Positions 1-10,685 of a DNA stretch of 64,000 bases are shown here, piece after piece. The stretch's first letter is position 1; every line of letters begins with the position of its first letter. The notes beneath the pieces were generated by a model. That model made no database searches. It was not told the DNA's origin and saw only the letters and a list, made by a program, of their open reading frames with translations. The translations under genes were made by a program, and so were the position numbers. This DNA is from Psilocybe cubensis (lineage: Eukaryota). Where the stretch lies: positions 1,984,001 through 2,048,000 of the forward strand of contig CM039008.1 in assembly GCA_017499595.2 (NCBI GenBank), given 5' to 3'.

Positions 1-468
1 ATGGACCATAAAGGTGCAGAGAAAGATGGAAAGAAAAGTGGAAAATATCAAAACAAGAAAACATCGCGAACAAAATCCAAAAAAAAAAAAATGTCTTCCA
101 GATAGTCTCTGAAAACGGAACCAACAACCAACCAACTCGACAAACACCGAACAGGAACAGATAATCCCAAAAAAAAACGCAATTCAACAGAAGATGCCAA
201 CTGCCATGACGTCAATCCAATCATATGCACAAGTTCTCATCCATCCCATCCAGCCGAACCCGCCTCGCCAGGCCACGAAGAAAAAAAAGAAAAAAACCAC
301 CGACTGCCCGCGGGACATTACTGATATCATACACCTACTGCACAACACCCACTGATCCCACACAGACCAAAAAAACATCGGCATGCACACAAGCCGTATA
401 CATCCCAGCCAAACACAGACACGAGGCATGCCAAAGTTAGGGTTGTGTGTAGCCATAAACACCCCCCA

Positions 469-1263
469 TCACCGCAAACGTTCACAACGGTAAGCTTGGT
501 GGACAGGATATGGTAATGTCCTGCCACCTCCGTGCCTGACGCATAATAACCGCGGTGATGATGGATTATATTGGATGGTGATGTAGATGCTGATACCGTA
601 GAACACGGAAAAGGGGGTGATAACGCGATAGGCATAGTGTTGTGCGCGGCATGGCTTGAGGCTGAGGTGAGGTGTAGGATGTGTGCGAATAGGCAGAAAA
701 TGAAAAAAGAAAGAAAGAAAGAAAAATTTCCGACGAAGCATAAATGAATGAATGAAAAGAAGCACCCAAACTCTCGAAATATCGAAGAGAAGAAGAACAA
801 AAAGGGACACTCACACTGCTGTGGACGAAAACACACTCGTCGAGCTCTCTGACAGCGTCGAGAGCGACGCAGACGAAGACGTCGCACTTGATGAGCTCCC
901 GGTCGAGCTCGCGCTGTTGCTCGAGCTACTACTATCACTCGCACTGTTCGTATTGCTCACACTCGAACTCGAGCTGTCGCTCGCGCTCGACGAGCTCGAA
1001 GATGAAGACGAGCTCGACGACGAGCTGGAAGACACAGACGAAGAAGAGGAGGGCCCGGGCGTTATTGATGGATCTGCGGGTACTGTTGGTGGCGTTCGAA
1101 ATGGAGGGGGAGGAGGTGGGTCAGAATGGTGTACATTAGACGATGAAGAGAGAGGAGATGAACCAGATGAGGAGGCAGAACCACCGCCGCCGCTGCTGGG
1201 AGCTGGTGAGCTCGCCGTGGGCGTCGACGCGGGAGGCAGGTCTCCCGGGTCTCGCGTCGCCAT
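469..1263 (-). CDS. Ser/Pro-rich low-complexity hypothetical protein, probably spliced
   Basis: ORF begins MATRDPGDLPPAS and contains a poly-Ser tract. A GTGAGT donor at about 814 and a CAG acceptor near 662 could join it to the 469-810 frame. The 5' end is uncertain. Confidence 0.35.
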
Positions 1264-2779
1264 CGTGTATGCGTTCGTGCGATACGAAAGAGAAAAGAAA
1301 AGAGAAAAGACGATAAGAGTAGTGCGATATATCAATCGCAGTGTGAAGTGTGGAGTCGGGACGCAAAAAAGACGTCAATAAGGGAGTGTGCGTGCCCGTT
1401 TATCCGGGTGCCCAAAATACCAAACCAAAAGCAATACACGGATGTATAAAAAAAGGATGCTTGCTGGAATGCAGACCCCCCAAGCAAGGAATCCCTTTTG
1501 TCCCATTTCCTGTCCCCTTTACCTTATCCTTATCCGCCGCCACCACCGCTTCCTGATCGTTCACCCATCCATGGTCCACACACAAAAGCAAAACCACGCT
1601 GGGACCAAATCCTGAATCCGAAGCCAGCAGCGGTTCAGATGCGATCGACGCCGCTCCCGTCATTTCATTTACAAACACACAAAACGAACGAATCACAGCC
1701 GTCCTGCCCTGCCAATGCCAATTATGCCTGGCTTAGCAAGTACTCCGTCCCGGGTTGACGGAAGAAAGAAGAAGAGCGGAAAGCAAAAAGCCAAGCAAGG
1801 GAGGGGACTCACTCGACATTATGGTGGTTCTAGTTCAAAGAGCGTTGCGGTTGGAGCCAGCGAATGTGGTGTGGTGTTGTGTGGTCGGGTGGTATAGGTG
1901 CGGTCTAAAGTCACCCTTGCGTTTTCTCCTTTAATTTTGCAACCCCTTGCCGTTGCCTGGGCCCGGCCGCTGGCGGTGCACCGCTCACGTGTCATTTTGC
2001 ATGACTAAATTGGTATCTCAGCTCCGAATGCCGCCTCGGCACGGAGGCATTTGGTAAATTTTAATTTAGGTCGAGGAGTCATTTGCATATTTTTTTTTGG
2101 GTCCACTGCGGTCCGTCTCCTGAGTTTTACTCGGTTTTTGCTTCAAAATTGGTTCAATCACTACGGTAAAAGGGAAGCTTTGACAACTTCACTTTATATC
2201 CTCTATCTGCATCGTATCAAAATGCGACACGACACGAAGCGAAGCAAAGGTTGCTTGATGAATTAAAACCAGCTTCTACGTACATCGTTAGAGATGCACT
2301 ATCGCCGCTTCACATCTTCATGCCCGAGTTGCACAAGTTCTCGTGTCTCTGACTCTCAGAGTCTCAGCGTTTTCTATATGTTTTCAAGTGCTCATGATAA
2401 TGGACACCCACTTACCTCAGTCTATCCACCGTTTCGGCCTACCTCCAAGACCAAATGCTAGCCTAAACAGTGCGATTGCTGGTGCCAGCGAAGCTAATGG
2501 CCGACCCCATCTTATAATCTTCTGGCGCTTTTCTATCATTATTTCTGATGAATCTAATTTCTGATCTTCTGAATTCTCGTTATCGTTACCCAATGGCCAA
2601 ATACTCTTTAGTCGTTACCATTGATGGCTCTTTGCGGTTACTCTTTCAACGTTGTCGAATCATTTACGAGGGTCGTAACGCGCTGACCTTGACGACAGTC
2701 GGGTCTGATACAACTTTGACCAGCGATCGTCTTTTCAACTGCAGGGTTCTCCACTGTTTCCTGTTATGCTGAGTCCTTC

Positions 2780-3850
2780 AGATGATGTTCATATCCAAGG
2801 ACCATTTGACCAGTATGCTCAATATAGGACACTTTCTGGTTGGGGTCCGAGCACAGCTGGCATACGCCAAGTTAGCGAGCTCGCCTTTATCTCCATAAAC
2901 AAGCAGATTTACGGGACTAGTGTTGCAATAAAACCAGCCAGAACAGAACCATGCTTGAAGAGTTGCAATGCAACAGGTCAGTCTAAATGACTTGACAAAA
3001 TTAAAAGCGAAGACACAAACCAATAAGAAACTCGACAAAGATCTTCATGATATCGCCAAATGTCTTCGCGTCGCAGGTGTACATTTCTTTGTACACAAAG
3101 CAGATCTAGTGCACACTAGTGTAATCGCGTGGCGCGGAAGCTCCATGCAGTACCGGGTGCTGCATTCAGGTCTCGTTCCATTTGTCCGGGTTGATTTGTA
3201 TGATACTTGTTTTTTTGATGTTGTCCAGGTCAGTGTGGTAGTCGGAGTTGGCACCATTTATCACAGTTGCTGTGCGGAAGTGGCACACCAATTCGGAATA
3301 GATGGAAAATGTTTAGGACATTTCACAATGCCCTAGCCTCAGTGCATTCCTCCGTAGTTGTCAAGCTTCCATATATGCCATGATGTGAAGGAATGGCGAC
3401 TTGTACTGCCTTCCCTTGAAAAGATGCTTGAGGTTCTTCTTAATATCCTCTATGAAATTCTTTAATCGTGGGTCCACAATCCATGCGAGACCCTCAAGGA
3501 ATTTTTCGACAGCGGCGAAAGGTTTGGGCTAGTTTTCAAGTTCAAAGGGAAAGTCGGATGAATTGTCGACATAATTTTCGGGATTTTGAATCTTGACTTT
3601 AATCCAAAGTCAGAGTTCGACAACCTTCCAGATACGCGTAGAGCTGTTACTGATGCGCGACAATTGTTTGAAGATCATGTCGAGATTTATAAAATAGGGG
3701 GTCATCGATCGTCTTCTGTCGTTGGTCCCAGTGTCGCTTTTGTCTGCTTCCTTCGGGGGAGGTAAACACTTGTAGAAGTGGACAAGCTTCACCGTTGCTT
3801 GTAATTCTGTATATCACCTTCCTGTTCACGTTTCCTCCCAGTTTCCTAAC
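2780..3850 (-). pseudogene. Decayed fungal-type protein kinase (FunK1/Pkinase_fungal-like) remnant
   Basis: Minus-strand GWFYCNTSPVNLLVYGDKGELANLAYAS resembles the FunK1 motif GWxHRDISPGNxL...GKLADLEYA. An upstream segment reads ICFVYKEM...FGDIMKIF. Several stop codons interrupt it and the boundaries are approximate. Confidence 0.5.
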
Positions 3851-4319
3851 GTCTTCTCATGCCTCGGAAAGCAGCACACATGAGGGTTGATGTCAAGTTA
3901 CGCATCCATTGCGTTCCCCAGCAGAAGGAAACCTGCACTAACATTTCCGGGCTCTGTTTCGATATATTAAATGTCGAGTTGCATTAAATACAGAAACACG
4001 TGCCTGCACACAGGTAATAGGTTTAATCGGTAATCTTTCAGAGCTATATGAATACCGGTGAACATGTAAGCCGAATCTCAGAGAAAAACCGAAGATGAGA
4101 AACGGCATAGACCTACATCCGGGAATGATCACCACACATTGAAATCCAATTCTTCTAAACCTAGGGAACAAACTTGAGTGATAAGTGCTGCGAAAATGCA
4201 CGAGGTAAAGTACCATTCTTACCCCACAACAGTTTGCGCGGAACATTGAGGAAGACCATTTTATTAATCAGAGTCGTCTCAGCCCCGAGAGCATATGTCT
4301 GGGATCTCATCGGGTAAGA

Positions 4320-4800
4320 GGGGAAGAAGTAAAAAAACCAAGATATATGCGTTCAAAAGGCGCATATACTTACCTCTTCTCGTGTCTCCGGCTTTCCTGT
4401 AATTGGGGAAATGGGGAGATTTGGCAAACCTGACATAGTATTAGAAGGAAAGGAATGAAAAGACAAAATATATGCGTTAAAAGCGCGCATATACTTACCT
4501 CTTTTCGTATCTATTGGCATCTGTGTAATTCGCGAAACGAAGATATTTTGCAAGCCTGACCTAGGGTCAGAAAGAAAGGAATGAAAAACCCAAATATATG
4601 CGTCAACAAAGCGCATATGCTTACCTCTTTTTGTGGCTACAGTGGGTGCGAGTGCGAATTGAGAAATGAGGAAATTTTCAAACCTGAATCACGATAAGAG
4701 GGAAATGAGTGAGAAACCAAAATGTATGCGTTGAAAAAGCGCATATACTTACCCTGCCTCTATGGGTTTGGGCGTTATTTGCGAAATACGTGAGGTGTTG
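4320..4800. repeat. Four degenerate tandem units of about 125-128 bp
   Basis: The core ATATATGCGT...GCGCATAT(A/G)CTTACC recurs at about 4343, 4468, 4594 and 4722. Confidence 0.8.
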
Positions 4801-6259
4801 ATTGGGACTTTCCACAAATGAGGATAACATGCAAAGTATCAGAGAGAGAGACTTGCGTTCATTATGCAACGCTTAAGGACGTTGGCCCTGATACGGGTAA
4901 TCAATCAGTCAGTAACGAGCATCGTAGTGATAGTAGTACTTTACTCACGGAATCGGAGATCGTTTAGAATCTTTGACTAAAGGAACAGTAATGTCCGCAG
5001 AGTCGATAAGAATCAGAAAAAAGAATGATTGAAGCGGGAACAGACAAGCTCTCAGGTATAGGCGTGGACCGACAAGGTGGTGGTAAGGAAGTAAACCGGA
5101 GTGGACCTACGACTTACCCAGGACAGACTCCCAAAGTGAATTCAGGCTCCGATATCATTTTCAATCTCCGACATGTTGCGCCTTCCTGATCAGCATCAAA
5201 CTTCTCATTTGCTTCTCATACGACATCTCGACCCCGTCTCCAACATCATGGCAGACGGACACTGTGTCTCTCTCGTCTTATATTATTATACAGGGTCTCG
5301 CATGCAGACAACGTAGTAAACGCCAAAATACTATATCGCATATCCTAACACCAGTGGTATAGTATAATCTTTTTCCTCCATCATCCACTGTAACTGTTGT
5401 TTGCGCGCGAATTCGATCTATTTGCGCGGTGTCGGTGTCCTCCCAGCTACGTCTACAATAATTATAGATTTATGAAAACCCACAGGCAGTACCTGAATGC
5501 TCATTTGCCAAGGCCATATGAGTACACGTCCGAGACGCACGAGATGCACATCCTTAAATCAAACAATCTCAATCCGACCTGTATCCACATTGCGAAGGAA
5601 TTCCATGCAAGTAAGCAGCAAATGAAAAAAGTAACATAACTCGCCCAGATCTCCAAGACGGCGCGTTTGAACATCAGAATAAGTTGCCCAAGGTCCAGAC
5701 AATGACTTGGTAATCATGGGGCGAACTGCGCCACGGTGTAGTCCGACATCAGAGGCTGGGGAATCCGTTGAGGATAATGGGGCGAATAGTCAAACCAGTG
5801 GGGTATTCAACCCAGGAAATTTCACCGACTACCCTTGAGGTTTGTCTAGACTGATTTTTTTTTTTCATACAGTGTTTTGATGTTCTGGAGATTATTCTGT
5901 CTGCTTGTTTTTCAGTCATTATTGCTCGTATGCTGTGTAGTTTTTATTATGCGTGCTAGATTGATTGCACCATTCGTAAGGCATGTTCTTTAACGATCAG
6001 GATTGAGTGTGTTCTACGTCTCCCTTTTCAAATTCCATTTAAACAAGCTCTTAGTAACCTTTTGCTTATTTTACTGATATTTTTCTGCCAGGTTTGCGTT
6101 GTTCGGCCATCTAGCCCATCTTTTTGCATGTTATCGTGCCAAAGGCTTACGCGCCCACGGAATATCAGTGCAACCTTATCTCTCTTTCATTTGTTTGGTT
6201 ACAATTGTAATTAGTATCAATGCGAACGGTTAAATTTATTTGCACTGCGGGCGCCGACC

Positions 6260-6730
6260 GCTGTAAGTTAAACATACAGCAGAAAACTTACATGTCTTAT
6301 GTAAGTTTCGCTGTAAGTTCGACATACAGCACACGTGTATGAAAAACAAACAGTCGGCAAAGACATATTGTGTTTGGTGGCTGTATGCCGACCAAACACA
6401 ATTGCTGTAAGTAGACTGTAAATAGAATAAACACCGAGATTACACAATTTCTTTTTGTCCGGTGTTAGTATAATATACACAATTGCTGTAAGTCATACAA
6501 ACAGCACTTGTGTAAGTAAAACATACACACAAAGAAAACAAATTGTGTATGTCATACTTACACAATTCCTGTAAGTAAGTGCTGTAAGTTAAACATACAC
6601 CTGAACTTACAGTAATCGACTCGCTGAGCGAGTCGACAAGCGCGCGAAGAATTCGCATTTTTGGCGCGATGTCGACTCGCAGACGATGATAACACGATGG
6701 CATGCGTCGTTCTGGCGACTCGCTGCCCTT
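6260..6730. repeat. Subterminal motif array: TGTAAGT/TGTATG in both orientations, then CGACTCGC motifs and a palindrome (mirror copy at about 44695-45165)
   Basis: About 11 TGTAAGT/ACTTACA copies lie in 6260-6612, interspersed with CATACA/TGTATG. TCGACTCGCT-G-AGCGAGTCGA is at 6616-6636, with more CGACTCGC near 6673 and 6716. Confidence 0.8.
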
Positions 6731-7131
6731 TGAAAAATCTCGCAGTCGTCAATGTGTAGTGCGCGATTCATTAATAAATATGATATATTTTCAGCGTTTT
6801 GCGCAATTCTATTTATTACACTCGTTGGGTACTTAATATAGCTGGCGCCCTACCTGGCGCGCCTACACCCGACTCACCTGCAGACATTGAAAATTCTGAA
6901 TCTTTGGCCTTCCCTAGTGTGAGTCTGCAGTGAGTACTTTAATCTGTTCGTTTGCCATCGTTTGTCACCACCATCTATAAATTGATCCCACTTACACAAC
7001 TTTCCCGCAGCCTTTCTTATCACCAACCACAACCACAACCACTCACTCCCTCGCTCACTCGCTCTTACCGACTACCACCCACATCGATCTCCACACCCAC
7101 CCGCTTATTCGTTAACCGCGAATCTCTTACC

Positions 7132-7693
7132 ATGGCTGCACTCATCTCTCAAGTCGTTTCGGCCATCGTAGGCTTCAAGTATGGGTTGAAGCACAGCATC
7201 GCGTCGGGATGTTGGATAACGGAGCGCGTATCCGCGTATGTGGGGTCGGTTTGTGGGGAGGTCTTTCGTTATATCGAAGAGCGTAGCGATACCCCGGTGA
7301 TGGTCAGAGGTCGCAATCGTACGCATCGTTGAATTTTTTTTTTTTTTGAATCTGCTCATCCCAGTTTCGTTAGGCGCTCAAATCACGGATGTCGAAGCCC
7401 AGAATTTACGCACCACCGACGCTGACTGCAACGCCGACTTCGAGGAAATCGAGGACCTCCTTCGGATTCGTCAAGAAATAATGGATCTTCATACCCTTCT
7501 CGACAACAAACGCGCACTCACCCGGCCTATGACGCCCGAAGCGCACAATATCAACATCGACCGATTCGCTCTCGACCATAGGCACCGGCTGAACGACATC
7601 GCTATCGAGGCGCAGATTCGCGCCAAGTATCCGTCGAGGAACGAGTATCTCGCAATCTGCAAGAAATACGAGGTTTCCCCCTTCCGCACCTAG
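7132..7693 (+). CDS. Inverted-repeat-encoded hypothetical protein, about 170 aa, 2 exons (left copy)
   Basis: ATG at 7132 (MAALISQVVSAIVG...). GTACGC donor at 7319, poly-T tract, acceptor at 7364 or 7373 in a compatible phase. Exon 2 reads AQITDVEAQNL...YEVSPFRT*. Confidence 0.6.
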
Positions 7694-8269
7694 CAGGCGT
7701 TCTCAGCGTCATTCCAGCGTCTTTATAACTTCTTGGGGGACTCACCCACTACCCTACTCCCCGTCATCTTTCTAATCGTTTTCTTGTTTTCTTGCTTTCG
7801 ATTTTCAGTATTTGATCTGCTGTATATACACGCTCACTTTTGTATTCAACGATACCTCTAATGTGTAGTCTACTGTTTCATATTGTATTATACTGTCGCA
7901 TATCCATTTTATTTCTCAGTCAAGTTCACTCCGGTTCATTCATAATTAATGAAATAAGTTGGCTCGCCGAGTGACCCGTTGATAATCGACTGCTCGTATG
8001 ATGGGTGAGTCAGGGAGTTGTGGGTCAAGATGTCCTTTGCGGGGTGTAAACTCTGCGGGTGTTGCGATAGAATTGCCAGTGCCGTATTCGTTCACAAATT
8101 CTCTACATCCTCGCAGAAGCTGCCGGTACAGCAGCAAAACGAACCTCTAAGCACAATCGAAGCTAAAACTACATTTATCGGCACGATGAATTAACGCCTC
8201 CAACTAGACGTCACGATGTGTAACCTAAGACATGGTAATAACGCAGTACGTACCTGTTCATTAACCCGG

Positions 8270-9165
8270 TAATATTGAGCTTTGTGTAGGGAGAAAGGTC
8301 GTGCACATCCATGGTGAGATTAAAAAAATGTGGTTAGGATGAGATGAGTTTTACCTGCATAACCACTCGTCGCTCAGCCTTTCCAGTCCTGATATCGTAC
8401 AGCGTGAATGTCCCGTCGGATCCTATACTTGCGAGCACCGATGATTCGCTCATTAAATCGTACAGATGTGATAGTTTCGGTTGATGTTGGGAAAGTGAGA
8501 AGATGGATAGATTGATCCTCGCTTAAACGCAGCTTTCCCGGGAATACATTAAGAGGCTAAAGGGCAACGGTTAAAGGATTAGAAATTGAGCTCAGTAAAT
8601 AAAAGAAGCGCTGATGCGGACATGCAGCGCTGTCGTCCGAGGGTGTTGACTTACCACCTCCGTATTCAGGTTATCGTCTCCAACGGCCCATAGGCTTCAC
8701 GTTACGATCGACACCGCAGCTAAGAAGCCTTTGACCATCCGGAGAGAAGCATAGCCCTGACGCTTTCCCTTGTGCGCCTGGGGAATTTTGGCGATCGGTT
8801 TTCGGGTTGCAAGATTGTGGAGGATTATTCCTGGTTTATTCCAATTCCATCATTTAGTGATTATCGCCTGCGTGATTAGAGAACCCACGCACACACCTCC
8901 ATCCCAGCTTCCACTGGCCACACCTGTTAGGGAGCCAGGTCGCCTGTACAGGACCTCAACAGCATCGATGTGCCCTTCCAGACTGTCCACAAGCGGCTTC
9001 GCGAACATCCTTTCCATTTTAACCGCATTCAAAGCACGGGTTCGTTCTCTCGCACGGGCAAAGGGTGCATAAGGGGGTTTAAATTCCGAGATGTAGGCGT
9101 CGGGGGTCTCCAGGCCGCATTGGCAGATGTGTGTAGACGGGTCATGTTGGAGTACTGAGATTTTC
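8270..9165 (-). pseudogene. SOF1: Captured SOF1/DCAF13 (WD40 rRNA-processing protein) 5' fragment
   Basis: KISVLQHDPSTH...TSRNLNPLMHPFARARERTRALNAVKMERMFAKP...GHIDAV, and later SIGSDGTFTLYDIRTGKAERRVVMQ. It has frameshifts and an internal deletion, is truncated, and retains introns. Confidence 0.85.
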
Positions 9166-10059
9166 TAAGCTCTTGCCTGACTCTTCATCCTCCTCTTTCT
9201 CAGAGGGTGTCGACTGAGCCAGCGGCGTGGACGTACGGCCATCCTTCCAGCGTCCTCCAATCCCCCGCTATCGCCCTCGTGTCATTACCAGCCAATCGCA
9301 CCTTGGGTTCGAGACGGCGGCGCTGCGATGAGAGTTCGCACCGCGGGAAAGATCTGGGACAACAGTGTCATGTGAGTGAGACTCTTCCTCTTTTTCTGCT
9401 CACTTACCTTCGCTTGTATACTAGTTGATGGCGGGGTGCGCGCTATGACAAGTCGCGTTGTCGTACACGATGCGCCTTGTTAGGAATGTCCTGCCAAGGT
9501 GCGTCACCACCCTTTATCAGTCTTAATTACTGTACTAACCTTACCTGCCATTCCTTCTTTGAGATCGACGATGACGACGACGACACAGGCGGGGTCAAGG
9601 GAGCAGAGTGACGAACTGCGAATACTTGTAAGTTACCTACGCAGCTGGAATTTCACGCTTGCTCACCTCTTGTCTTTTCAGCGTGTCTGTATCGGTGTTG
9701 TTGGCGTGCGACTGCGATAGGGAGTTGAGGGGTACTGCGACGGCAAGAGGTCAGTCATTGGAAAACTATGTCATACTCTGATGCTCACTGTTGTTTTACC
9801 ACTTCCAGTCACTTCAAATCACCATCGTTGGCCTCGTATCTTCTTATGGATCAAGGGTGTCGGGGGCTGTCATAGGAGATGATGGAAAGGACCTTTACTT
9901 ACCCAAGAATGCCCGCCACAACAGCGTACGCACACCGGAGACCGACTGACACCGGGGTGCGTTGCGATGAAAAGAAACCGCTGGCCAACGACGAGCGCGT
10001 TGCTGGAAAAGTGCGTCAATGCTGTAGGTATGGGTTATCAAGGTTTCTACTCACCGTTT

Positions 10060-10685
10060 TGTTCCCACTCGCAACCGCGCCAGCATGTCCGTGTGTCTGT
10101 GCGTCAAGTCAAATTCCACATAGCATGCATTACGACGGACACTCACTATGGCATTGCGTTCCGAGTGCCCGCCACATCTGTGTACGCAGCAGGCTGTGAA
10201 GTGTAGTCGGTGAGGAGCGCCTCACTGGCAAGGTGCGTCAGCAATGTGTTTATAAACTGTCAGGTTTCTGCGTACTGTTTTGTTCCCTGTCGCAACCGCG
10301 CCCGCGTGTCCATGTGTCTGTGCGTCAAGTCAAACGCCGCGTAGCATGCATTGCAACGGACACTCGCTATGGCATCGCGTTTTGGCGGCATGTTGTTGAC
10401 GAGAGAGGCAGAGGGGATTGTCGAGGTGCGTCGTCGACGTTTGCAATAGGTTGGAACTGCAGCGATGGGCGGTGAGTCAGTACCAGGGCGCCGTTTAGGG
10501 GATGCTGCTCACCATACTACATCCTCAAGATTGTTCTGTCAAGCACACCGTCAGCGCCGTCGTTGAGACTACATACTGCAATACACATACCTTGTAGAGG
10601 TGCGTCGTCGACGTTTGCAATCGGTTGGAACTGCAGCGATGGGCGGGGAGTCAATACCAGGGCGTCGTTTAGGGGATGCTGCTGT
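10060..10685. repeat. Two pairs of degenerate direct repeats of about 90-100 bp
   Basis: 10061-10160 resembles 10282-10381, and 10423-10509 resembles 10597-10683. Confidence 0.75.

Larger units (their letters stand above)
6243..7766 (+). repeat. Left terminal inverted repeat (1,524 bp), with a degenerate extension to about 7898
   Basis: Reverse complement of 43659-45182. Mirrored ORFs translate identically and their coordinates all sum to 51425, so there are no indels. Confidence 0.95.

Noticed and set aside
752-1381. Acidic 209-aa plus-strand ORF
   Set aside because: It is the antisense shadow of the Ser-rich minus-strand ORF.
6260-6612. CRISPR-like array
   Set aside because: The context is eukaryotic and the 7-bp motifs are irregularly spaced in both orientations, with no repeat-spacer periodicity.
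6243-7766. The two 1.5-kb repeats as independent small transposons
   Set aside because: Each has a CACTG terminus and motif array at its outer end only, so they behave as the two ends of one element.
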